Shown here piece after piece: positions 1 through 12,240 of a DNA stretch of 64,000 nt. The notes below the pieces were generated by a model, which saw only the letters and a program-made list of their open reading frames with translations, did not search any database and was not told where the DNA came from. The stretch's first letter is position 1. Every line of letters starts with the position of its first letter. The translations under genes were made by a program, and so were the position numbers. Source of the stretch: Eledone cirrhosa (Eukaryota); contig OZ024742.1 of the NCBI GenBank assembly GCA_964016885.1, forward strand, positions 83,700,001-83,764,000, written 5' to 3'.

Positions 1-83
1 TATATATATATATATATATGTATATATATGCATGTGATCAAGCGGCAGGGGTGGGGAGCGTGTGTGTGTGTGTGTGCGTCCGA

Positions 84-242
84 GTCTGTTTTACGTTTAT
101 GTTCGTATTTACGTTCGTAACATAGCGGTTAGGCAAAAATCAATCGCTAACAAAGTACCAGTCTTGAAAATGCAATTACTGGGAATAATACCATCGAGTA
201 AATCAAGTTGATGCACCAACATAGCTCTAGTCGACTGGCTGA
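84..242 (+). mobile_element. Degenerate 3' part of a cephalopod-type SINE
   Basis: After (TG)n: 'cgtaacatagcggttaggcaaaa...aagtaccag...gatgcaccaacatagc', resembling a recalled octopus SINE tail and the LINE 3' end at ~32800-32840. Confidence 0.4.
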
Positions 243-301
243 TTTTTAAAATATATGTGTCTTTGTACATATATATATACATATGTTGTCTGTGAGAGAG
301 A

Positions 302-351
<50 letters not shown>

Positions 352-698
352 ACATATATTGGAAAATAGGCAAAAAACGTTGATGGCGGTGATGATGATA
401 TATATATATATTCATTCCTACCTACACATACATGCATACAATCATACATAAATACATACAAATATACATACATACGTATATACATACATACAAATATACA
501 TACATACATGGTGTTATATCAGAGTTTTCCTTCTCCTAGAATTCTGCCTTGACAATATACATACATACATACATACATACATACATAAACGCATACATAC
601 AAACACACATACATAGGCACATACATACACACACACATACATACATACATACATACATACATACATACATACATACATACATACATACATACATACAT

Positions 699-1057
699 GG
701 TGGCTGCCAACTCGTTTTCGAGTACGGCCACTACTTTATATCGATGTAGGAGAACCCCTACCGATGCGCTGAACGACTGTGACATTTTAGTCCAGCCAGC
801 GATTGAAAACTCGTGTACAAACACTACACTTGTGACAATTACTGACACATAGTACTGGGCCCATGGTACCATGTGATGACAAGTGCAGAGATATCTCCAG
901 ATATAAAGCAATGCCTGTGCCGTGAAGCTTTTATAGTGAGAAAAGGCACTGCACAAAGCCAGTCCCACTCTCTTAACCAAGATGATATTTACCAAAAAGA
1001 AGAACAAGTCAACATCATTGGATACCATCAGGGTTGCAGGTGTTATATCAGTTTTCC
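699..1057 (-). mobile_element. Partial copy of the ~600 bp non-autonomous retroelement (SINE-like, possibly RTE-derived)
   Basis: Near-identical to 14800-15160 and 19641-20000; flanked by (TACA)n; strand inferred. Confidence 0.75.
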
Positions 1058-1149
1058 ATACACACATACATACATAATACATACATACATACATACATAC
1101 ATACATACATACATACATACATACATACATACATACATACATACATACA

Positions 1150-1490
1150 TGATGGCTGCCCCTCGTTATTGAGTATGGTCATTGCACGATATACCATTAT
1201 TAATAATTATTAATTAATTCTATCGTGCAATACCTGTGCGTGAAGATATTTTTTAAAGTGAGGAAAGACTGTGCACTGAGCCAATCCCACTCTCTGGGCG
1301 ACAGTAGCTATAACCCGAAAAGAAGAAAAGATCAACATCATCGGTAACTACTGAGCGGCAGGTTTTATATCGGAGTTATTCCAGTTTCCTGAGTTGCCTT
1401 CTCCTAGAAGATTCCCTGACAAAGGCTAGGGGTCCTTCACTCCCAGTGGTTTAACCACGTGATCGGGTTCCAGCCCAACTATTTCTACAT
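1150..1490 (-). mobile_element. Diverged relative of the ~600 bp non-autonomous element
   Basis: Colinear similarity: gatggctgcc..., atcccactctct, aagaagaaaagatcaacatcatcgg, ccttctcctaga...gacaaaggctaggggtc. Confidence 0.6.
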
Positions 1491-2046
1491 CCCCGCGCAT
1501 ATACATACACATGCACCCTTCTTAAATTTAATGAATAGTCTCCAACACCAAAATATGCGACTGATCGCGTTGACTGATTATGTATGTATGTATGACAAAG
1601 GGTGGAAGAAGTCATAAGAGCCAACGGCCATCCAAAATTGTGTAAATATGTATATACAAATATAATTATACATACATATGTACATTTGTATATACATATT
1701 TACACACTTTTGGATGGCCGTTGACTCTTATGAGTTCTTCCGCCCTTTGTCATACATACATGCATACATACATACATACATACATACATACATACATACA
1801 TACATACATACATGCATGCATGCATGCATGCATGCATGCATGCATGCATACATACATATATACATACATACATACATACATACATACATACATACATACA
1901 TACATACATACAGATTCATCTTAAATTTAATGAATAGTCTCTCACACCAAAATATGCATACATACATACATACATACATACATACATACATACATACATA
2001 CATACATACATACATACATACATACATACATACATACATACATGGT

Positions 2047-5000
2047 CAGTCAACGCGATCAGTCGCATATTTTGGTGTGGGAGACTATTGATTAAATTTA
2101 AGATGAATACTATCTACGACAGTAATGCCACAACTACCAGTCATGTTGAATAACTGGATATTCTTCTAACTATTTCTTCTGAAGACACCTTTTATTCGAA
2201 TTCGTAGAGATATCCGACTAAATACATAATTCATTTTACAAGGATTTCTACAAACAGCATGGCTGGACACAACATCAACAACAAAATTGAGGAAGTATCG
2301 AAGACAACCAACAAGAAATGTAAACAAACTTTATTCAGTTGTAGCTACAGAAGAAACCGAAATTATAAATCGCATTTCTCTTGGAGTTGCGAACTTAATC
2401 ATTATTTATTTAATTGTTATAAAATGGCAAAAACCAACCCCTCCATTGGCTATATGAACAGAATGAAGCTACACTGGGACGAAATACACCCAGAGCTAAA
2501 TTATTTCAGAGCAAAACAATTACGCCAACAAGCGACGTTTGTTGAACGTAAAAATAAGATAAATATTATTAATTGTAAGTCCCCAACATGTTATCAACAT
2601 GTTATCAACAACACGTGCTACAGGTCGCCATGCTACTAGAATGAACAGCGCCTTGAAACAACTATGCTTGTAAGAAACTTGACACCACCTGTACCATCTA
2701 AGACTACCTCGAATGCTGGGGGAAACACTATCGATAATAATAATAATCAAAAATATAAACAATTGAAAATTTCCCTCAACGAAATCTTCCAGAGAGAAAT
2801 TAATTCATGTATAAACATTTCTCTCTTGCTGAACGTATTAAAACGACAATATTTAATAATAAAAATAAATAAATAAATAAATAAAATTTAAAAAATTGAA
2901 ATATTACGTGTTATTGATGAAATGGGGGGATGGATATTTACGACGGATAAAAACCCCAACAATTTGGAAAATCAACGCCTGTTTATATGTCCTAGCAACG
3001 GCAGTGAAGCATTATCTTGGTGATAGCAGAGATATTAACAAGAACAGAACAACACCAAAAATACCATCATATATAACTAAAATAGAAAAAAGATTGCTGA
3101 CCTACGAAAAACCATAGGATATGTGACAATGCTCCTTACATGCAAACAAACACAAAAAAACCTCACTCCTCACCAACAAAGAGTGAAAAATAAAATAGAG
3201 ACGATGTTTGGTAAGAGTAGAACCAAACTCTCCAATATAAGCTGATCACCCTTAAACAAGAATTGAGAGCTGTTAGCGAAAAACGCCGATACCTGAAGAA
3301 GGTAGATGAGAGAAAAGTGCTTAATAAAAGATTCAGACGAAACCAAACATCAGTCTATAGAGATATGAAGAACAAAATAATAAGTGTCACGGACCCCATC
3401 CCAGAAAGACATAGATTCCTTTTGGAGAAAAATATTGGGGTGAAAAGAAGAATTTCAACCAAGATGCAGTGTGGCTAAGAGAAATCCGAAAGAACTATTG
3501 TTCCTACACTACGACAAAAACATACGAAATAAGTGAGGGTACCCTTGAGACTGTGATAGGAAAACTCCAAGATAAGAAAACACCAGGAAGAGACAGGATT
3601 GTCGGCTACTGGTACAAAGAACTGATATTCTATCGGAGGTATCTTACTGACCTGTATAAGTTGTATAAGTTGTATACAGCCTGCCTGAACCTATTCCTCC
3701 AAGATCACAGTGAAAATAATAACATCATCACAGATGAACAAGCAATTGGGAAGAAAGGGGTTTGGGGATGTGCTGAACAACTCCTAATCAACAAAACTGC
3801 GATGTTGGAGGTGCGACAACTTAGGAGGAATATGACTACAGTCTGGCTAGACTACAGGAAAGCTTTCGATTCTGTTCCCCACTCTTGGATGATAGAGGCC
3901 CTCCAACTTGCTAAAGTCCCAGCCATTATTGTCAGAGCCATTGAGAGGCTGTCTTCTTCTTGGGCTTCTATCCTAAGATTAAAGACAGAGATAGAGGACT
4001 CTATTTTCACTGATAAAATAAAATATTGCAGGGGTATATTTCAGGGGGACAGTCTCTCTGTGATATGATTCATCCTGTCATTAAACCCCTTGTCCTCTCT
4101 GCTCAAGAATGTGAGGGATACATCACATTGGCTCTCAGGAGGACAGAAATACGAACATGACCCATAATTTATTTGTGGGCGATCTGAAATTCTATGCCAA
4201 AAACATGGATGGGATGAAGAAAAATCTTAACCTGGTTACAACGTTCTCAAAGGATATAGGAATCGAGTTTGGCCAAGATAAATGTTCATACATGACTGTA
4301 AAGCGGGGAGAAACAACAACCCAATCTAGCAACATTGTCATCGATGGCCTAACTATTTCACCAATATCTGATGAGGACTGATACAGATACCTGGGGATAG
4401 ATGAGAACATATCCTATAATGGTATCTGTAATAAAGAACGCGTAACCAGGGAATACTACACCCGATTAAGAAAGATCTGGTCATCGGAACTCTCTGCGCA
4501 AAATCATAACCAGTGGCTCACACTGTGTTGGCAGTGCCTGTCCTAACACCAACGTTTGGAATACTCAATTGGACGATAGACGAAATCCGAGCGATTGATG
4601 TTAGAACTCGAAAAGTACCAAACAACACCGGAAACTTCACATCAACAGTGACATAGACCGCCTTTACTTGAAACGTAAGCAAGGAGGCAGAGGCCTAACA
4701 TCAGTCCAGACAACATTTGAATGTCGCATCATATCCCTCCGACATCTACGAACCTCAAAGCGTAGGAGCCCGTCTCTCGAGCATGTCTATCTGCATGAAA
4801 CAGATAAGATCGTGAGAGTTGGGAAGGAACTCCTCGAGAGATACTCCTTGTGTGATAATCAAAAACTCACACCCAGGGAAGTCGCTCAGCAGTATCGCAG
4901 AGAATCCATGGATGAAAAACTGCATGCCTATCAGCAAAAAATCATGCATGGATATGTTGCCAGGAAGCTCCAAAGTGAGAGTAATATAGGTAAAGAAAAT

Positions 5001-5968
5001 AATCTATCTTGGACAAACAACCGCTATATTGGCTCCCACTTTGAAGGATACGCTTTTGCAATCCAAGAACAAGAGATTAACACGAAATACCTGATTCACA
5101 AAAGAGATAGTGATGCAGGCAAAACACCTAGATGTGATAACAAGTGCAGACTCTGCAGAACTAACATCGAAAATATCACCCATGTCATCAGCAACTGTCC
5201 AAAGATGTCATCGCGGTACTATCTGCCTATGAGGCATGATGTAGTGGCCAAAACACTGTACAATGCAGTTCGTAAAAATGATAACCCCGATAATAAACAC
5301 ATTAAAAGCTACAGCAATGTGTAAGACATCCATGTACATAATATGAAAGAGTTCTGGTGGAATGTTCTAGTAAAAACCCCAATAAAATGCAGGCATAACT
5401 GACCAGATATTATGATATGGGACAGGGAGAAGAAAGCATGCACAGTAGTGGAAATTAGCTGCCCAGCAGATGCCAATATAATATCAAAGATTAGCGAAAA
5501 GGAGAATATTTATGCAGAACTGATGAGAAATCTGCTGATACTCCACCCTGATTACACCTTCAGATTTATGCCTGTGATTATTGGGACACTGGGATATGTT
5601 AGTAACTGCCTCAATACAAATCTTGAGAAGCTAGGCTTCACGGGAACAGAAAGAACACAACTAGTTAGGAGATTACAAGTACAATCCATTAATGGAACAG
5701 TAAAAATATGTAAAACTTTCCAAAAATAATAACTGCATAAACATATGTACAGATACTAAGCATAAACACATGCACACATACAACTCAAAACATTTTCATC
5801 CACACATACAATAACATCCATATCTACACATGCATGCATGCAGACATGCATACATAATCTACCTAGTTGATGTTGTGTAAATTCCAATGAGAGACTATTG
5901 TGTCTATGTTAGTAACCGACTCTCTCTCTCTATTGGTAAAAATTTGTGAAATTACAAAACCAGAAGAA
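2047..5968 (+). mobile_element. R4/Dong-like RLE non-LTR retrotransposon, copy 1 (full span, frameshifted)
   Basis: ORF pieces: N-terminal W..E/GYMNRMK..W myb-like region; RT WLDYRKAFDSVPH, GIFQGDSLS, LFVGDLK; CRLC..H...C..RHD zinc knuckle; PD..D..E..K RLE; (TACA)n at both ends; ~140 bp internal deletion near 3655. Confidence 0.9.
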
Positions 5969-6381
5969 CATACATACATACATACATACAATAAAAACTA
6001 AGAAGCTGAACTACAATATGTCATTCATTTGATCCATTAAGACTATTCAACTGTCGTCGGTCTTACCGACAGACAATGCCTGCTAATACTTTAAATACTC
6101 AATAAGTATCTTATTCTAACCTACTATTTATTGACTGCTCCTGTTGCCATGACAACAGAGCTTTCGTGACATTCATAAAATTGCAAGCTGTTAAGCCTGT
6201 GTCACCGTTTACGTAATTTTTTTTTTAAATACATTTTATCGATAATATAGATCTAGATGTTTCTAAAGAGACAGTATGGGCTAAGCTGAATACCTTTGAT
6301 TATAGGTTTTCTCAATCAGACTTGACCTGAGGTTAAACGACAAGGTCACTGCCTCTAGGCCTCTTGGCTGATATCAAAGTG

Positions 6382-6442
<61 letters not shown>

Positions 6443-7046
6443 TGTGTGTGTGTGGGTGTGTGGGTGTATACATCCGTACCTTATCAGCCTCCTTGCTGGC
6501 AGTGCAGTTTCATGTATTAAGCTGTTACTGCATCCATCCAACCAACTGATCGAATGATCGATCTGTTGGTTGGATGGATGTGTAACAATAACAAACCAGA
6601 TCAAAGAATAGACTGTAAAATTTACGGTAGTCTTTCGACAAAAAGAGAGAAAACAGTGCATGTATATGTGGACCACGTGACACCAGAGAAGTGGGCCGAA
6701 AAGGCATAACCGATAACTACCAAAGACTATGGCCGAAAAGCCAGATGAACAGCTTTGCGATAGGTGGCAGGGAAGCGATATATATGCCGTTGGAGAAACA
6801 TATTAGCTTAACGTTTGAAATAGCAGAGGAAGAGATGTGTGACGTTTCGGACAGTAGTCTTTCATCGCAAGAAAGAGTTAGAAATAGAAGTTAAATCGAA
6901 AGATAAAGAGAGAACGGAGATAAATGAGAAAAAAGGGAAGAAAAAATACACCTGCGTATTCAGTTAGCCATATTGGAGACTCATACATAGATATATATTT
7001 ATACACTCAGACACACACACACACAAACAAACACATACACACGCAC

Positions 7047-7151
<105 letters not shown>

Positions 7152-8453
7152 AGCATATGTGTAGAAGTAAGTGTATGTAGGCCAATGGTTTAGCAGGTTC
7201 CTTTGAGCATCGAATAGAATGTCAGGGAGTTTTATTTATTCTGGATCTCTGCACTCTCAGTCCAAATCATGTCGAAGTTCCATAGATAAGTTATCAGTCC
7301 TAGAGCGCCGGAAAATGTGCATTGAGGAAACCGTATTCCATTTCTGTGTTCAAATTCCAACGTTTCTCCAATGTCATATATATCGCTCAAATTCCTCAAG
7401 TCCGACGTTATCACGAAGCTATGATAAAATTCCACGCAGTAGGATTGAGCTCGAGAACTCGTGATTGAGAACCAAAATTCTTGACCACTCGTCTACGCTT
7501 GCATTCGATACAGACATGAACACACACATTCATCTACATCCACCCACACACACAATCTCACACTCACGCAAAATCAAACCCAATCAGACGCACAGACACA
7601 TATAGTCAAACGCCTGCACACGTGAATAAATATTTATCTCGTTTGAAGAACCTACAAGAAAATCTTTAAACATGAGAAATTTTCATACAATTTCCGTTAG
7701 AAAATTATAGGCTTTATTCTAGAAAATAGCAGAGTAGATTTATATACATATTAAGATGTTTGATGGCCAGAAAAAAGTAGGTAAAACAAACCAACATAGT
7801 AAAACAGCTATTCACTTAGAAAAGAGAAAATATTTGATTAAAATATACTTGGAAAGTAATTCATCTGTTATCATTATTATTACTTCGTTTTTTTTTCTGT
7901 TTTCTTTTTTACATATTCTCTTCCAATTGCTTTCCTTCTCTGAAAACAAACACAAAATTTCAAAAAAAATAAAAGAAATGTAAAATCCTAAAAAAAAAAA
8001 ACTTTTGACTCACTTCGTAAGTTATCTATAGTCACGCATTTAAATATTTCTTTTTTTTTTCTTTTTTCTTCTCTTTTATGTTGTTGCTGTCTGTTTAAAA
8101 TAACAAACGAGATATTTTGTTTTAAATATGTTACATTTTTATGTCTTATATTACACTTTCCTGATATGTAATAACATACAAAATAAATTTGCCGTTAGTG
8201 CTTTTGAAAGGAAAAAAATTATTCTAGTAAATTAAAACAAAAGAACAAAACTAAATCCCTACAAAAACTGCAATGAAATATTTTTAAAAATCAAAACATA
8301 AAAATAGTAGATGATGGAATTTATGCAAATGAAGCCGTATGAAAAATGATGTTCTTTATTGATTTTTCAATGAGAGTATCAGCTTCAAATTTTATTAAAA
8401 TCAATATTGGCATTTGATAATATGTTTTAATATCAAAACACACAAATACACAC

Positions 8454-8591
<138 letters not shown>

Positions 8592-8980
8592 ACATATAGA
8601 CATACACGCATACATTCACACAGATGAAAATACATTCTCACTCAAATTTTTGCAAAGAATTATAACACGCACAAAAATAATACCACCAATTTTATTTATA
8701 TTCTATTTTATCAAATAAATATTTACTCTTGGTATGATTTCTATTTAACAAAATATAGCTAGAGTAAGCATATCTCCTCGAGGAAAGCCTTATTAAAGCT
8801 AGTATTTCAAAAGAAACAACGAACGAAAAGACAATATTAAAGATAATAATTGGGTTATGGTTGAAATAAGTGGAATACTTATAAAATAACAATTGATACT
8901 GAGTTTTTAATGTTGACGATATGCGCATTTTGAGAGTCCACAATATACTACCGATCACTCTTTTGGATCACAAAAATAAA

Positions 8981-9146
8981 GAAGAAGAAGAAGAAGAAGA
9001 AGAAGAAGAAGAAGAAGAAGAAGAAGAAGAAGAAGAAGAAGATGAAGAAGAAGAAGAAGAAGAAGAAGAAGAAGAAGAAGAAGAAGAAGAAGAAGAAGAA
9101 GAAGAAGAAGAAGAAGAAGAAGAAGAAGAAGAAGAAGAAGAAGAAG
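8981..9146 (+). repeat. (GAA)n microsatellite
   Basis: Direct reading; one GAT interruption. Confidence 0.98.
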
Positions 9147-9599
9147 ACATTCTCTGTATTTGAATGCATGCTGTGTCTATTACATTTCCATGGATTTTAT
9201 ATTTACATACATATAAAACGCTTTACCCAATGTATGTATATACGTGTGTGTGTGTGTGTGTGTGTGCGTGGCACATATATATACGTGTGTGTGTGTGTAT
9301 GTGTGTGTGTGTGTGTGTGCCTTTGCGTGAGTGCGTGCGTGTGTGTACCGATTCTCTCCTTTGAAAAAATATGTAATTCAACATTGAACAATGATTAATA
9401 AATTTGGCGTATGAGCTTGACGGACTCACAAAAACACAGGAAAACCTAGTGCATGAAGAATTGGAAACCGAAAACTTCGCTCTGCCATATTTTGGTGCAG
9501 AGTGATTCTATATAACGCGTATCACGTGAATGAGGAAGATAATTAAGCGTACAGCATAGAAGTCACGATAGTATCAATGGTTAAAGCAAAGCACTAACT

Positions 9600-10140
9600 A
9601 AATAAAAGGTTAGATGTATTTGAATCTTACTGTACAGTCATAAAAGTTAAAACACATGACTGAAAAGCTTAGACGAAATGAGGCAGCAAAATCGTTATTA
9701 ATTAGCTAAAGGAAAAGCACGACAGCAGTTTTACATAGCACTGTGAGCAGCTGAACGCAAGAGATTTACCAACGTTTTGCAGCGAGCAGATCAAACGTGG
9801 GAGGTGACCTGATTTGCACAGCATTATGTCGGGTTTATGCTAGATGTCATTTGGAAAAAGTGTGCTGGAAATGACAGCAGTGTCCATAGATTCTCCATCT
9901 TTCAGAAGAAAGATTATTGACAGTGTTACAGTGGAAAATGTGTGGGAGGAAAACGTCCTACTCCAAGTAGACTAAAGGGAAAGACCAGCGAAGTATGCAG
10001 ATATATAGTCGAAATGCCTATTAAGGAGGTGACGGGGAGGAAAGCTGCCGTACCAGTGAGAATTAGAATAAATGAGATGCAGTTTGGATTTTTGTCAGGC
10101 AGGAGTACGTGTAGGCTGATAAACAGAAGTACTTAACAAT
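9600..10140 (+). pseudogene. Highly degraded RTE-like LINE fragment
   Basis: Peptide IRINEMQFGFLSGRST matches the LINE RT 'Q.GF..GRST' motif; boundaries approximate. Confidence 0.5.
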
Positions 10141-10173
10141 CAGAGAAATAAAGAGAACATTCGTTAAAACCTG

Positions 10174-10237
<64 letters not shown>

Positions 10238-10241
<4 letters not shown>

Positions 10242-10423
10242 AGATTCACGACCCCGACGGCTGAGCTCCGGCCGTTTCGACAGCTAGATCCGAACGCTAT
10301 CGAATGGCCGGAACTCAGCCGTCGGGGTCCTGACTCTTTTCATATTACCTACTCTACTACCCCAAGTATCGAGTCTCTAGTGGGTTATGGTCTACCTGAT
10401 ATTTTACGACACCCTTTCTTTTA
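10238..10423 (+). mobile_element. Short fold-back repeat family (copy 1 of 3), probable PLE terminus
   Basis: Hairpin 10250-10329; homologous to 48105-48303 and 62696-62893; flanked by dinucleotide repeats. Confidence 0.7.
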
Positions 10424-10429
10424 TATATG

Positions 10430-10528
<99 letters not shown>

Positions 10529-10609
10529 GGTAAACAGAAATAACAACACAATCGGTACAGTATATGGAATGGATATATTAAGTTAACGCTAGATATAGCA
10601 GGAAGAGGG

Positions 10610-10645
10610 TCTTAACGTTTCGGACGCTAGTCCTTCATCAGAAGA
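10610..10645 (-). ncRNA. Minimal type I hammerhead ribozyme
   Basis: Minus: tctt CTGATGA a ggac tagc gtcc GAAAC GTT aaga. Confidence 0.7.
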
Positions 10646-10711
10646 AATATTGAGAAATAAGATATATTGAGGAGACGGCCGGGTTGGAATTGGAAAAAAT
10701 GTATATATATA

Positions 10712-11550
10712 TCAGGTTGTAACGAATGTTGTGTCCGTGCTTTAAGGCTCAATAAAAAACACAATATCAGATTCATTTAATTGTTAATGTAACCAGCATT
10801 CCTCTCTGTGCCCTCTCTCCATCTCTTAATACGCTTTTTAATGCCACGTGCATAAAATTCTTTAGGTTTTGAACTAAAAAAAAAGGAAACTAGCTCATTT
10901 TCAACTTCTCTTAGAGTAAATCTTAATCCACTCAAATGATTTTGTAAACTTTTAAAGAGATGGTAATCTGTTGGTGCAAAGTCCGAGGAATATTGTGAGA
11001 GAAGCATAATTTCCCAGGCATATTTTTCTAGGATATCTTTGATCTTTTGCGCACTGTAGCATTCTCATAATGAAGGATGACACCGTTTCCGTTTGTTAAT
11101 AGTGAGCGTTTTTGCTGCAAAGCTGCTTTCAATCGACTTAACCGTTGGCAGTAGACTTCGGCTGTTATTATTTAAATACTGCCCTTTTATTTAATTACTG
11201 CCTTTCATCCTTACGGGGTCGATAAAATAAAGTACCAGTAAGGCACTGGGTAATTGCTGGCCTTGTGCCTAAAGTAGAAACAATTATTTAATTACTGCCC
11301 AGCAGTTTATGATGAATTATCACCTGCATATCCCACCACACACTCTAAGAATGTTCATTCGATGCAGGCTAATTCTGGGCTGCTGAACTGACTCTTAACA
11401 ACGACGTATTCACTTAATATCATGATAAAGTATCCATTTCTCATCTCCAATAAGGTCTCTATTCAAAAGAAACACTTGCAGCTCACAAGAACACAATAAT
11501 TCCACAGTCAACACGTTTTTGTGATTGTCTGCAGAGAGAATCTTTACCAA
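10712..11550 (-). mobile_element. Mariner-type DNA transposon remnant interrupted by a SINE fragment
   Basis: GDEKWILY and YSSDFAPTDYHLF (YSPDLAP.DYHLF) transposase motifs; SINE piece at ~11185-11290. Confidence 0.85.
11185..11290 (+). mobile_element. 5'-truncated SINE (Deu/Nin-like core)
   Basis: gcctttcatccttacggggtcgataaaataaagtaccag core; imperfect direct repeat (tactgccc) on both sides. Confidence 0.8.
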
Positions 11551-11955
11551 GCCGTTATATATATAACTATGTATGTAGAGAGCTATATAGTATATGATTA
11601 CCAAATAGCTTTATACGAAGCTCAATGTGTTTATGTAGTTATTGGTGGAAGATATGAAAGATACCTCTAAGGAAAAGGATATAGAAAGATAGAGATAGAA
11701 TAATATAAATTTCTTTGGTTATATATATGTGTATACTGTTGTATATTTAATTTGATATATATATATATATATATATACATAAAAAAAAAGATTTTTCGCT
11801 CTACATGGCTGAATACAATCAATGTAATCTGAGGTTTTCGAATATTAATAATAACATTCGATTCGTTTGCAATTATGCAAACAAGCCTCAATTTTATAGC
11901 CATGTCAGTAGAATGAACACTTCATTCTTGCTCTTATGTTGGCATGCGAACAGAA

Positions 11956-11999
11956 CTGCAGACACTAATGTTTCTGGGTATCACCCGTCATCAGTACAG
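11956..11999 (-). ncRNA. Type I hammerhead ribozyme, canonical core
   Basis: Minus: ctgta CTGATGA c gggt gat accc a GAAAC attagt GTC tgcag. Confidence 0.8.
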
Positions 12000-12077
12000 C
12001 TCACTGTTCACCAGCCAAAGTGTCAGAGCGAGTAAAAATATATGCTATTTTCAAAATTACACAGTGACTGACGGCCT

Positions 12078-12175
12078 GATTTGCATATTAGCAGACTGGC
12101 TGATCAGTCAGATCTGCATATTAGCAGATCCACTGATCAGCCAGATTTGCATATCAGCAGACTGGCCAGTCAGTT
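12078..12175 (+). repeat. Three ~33 bp tandem units carrying ATTTGCAT-type octamers
   Basis: gatttgcatattagcagactggctgatcagtca and two variants. Confidence 0.8.
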
Positions 12176-12240
12176 TCCTGTATGCGAGCGATAAATAGCC
12201 GACTTTGTCAAATTCGAATAAAAAAGAAAATTTTCGCTCT

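Noticed and set aside
6835-6872. Hammerhead-like motif on minus (gcgatga...gaaacgtc)
   Set aside because: Core and stem I degenerate; probably a decayed relative of 10610-10645
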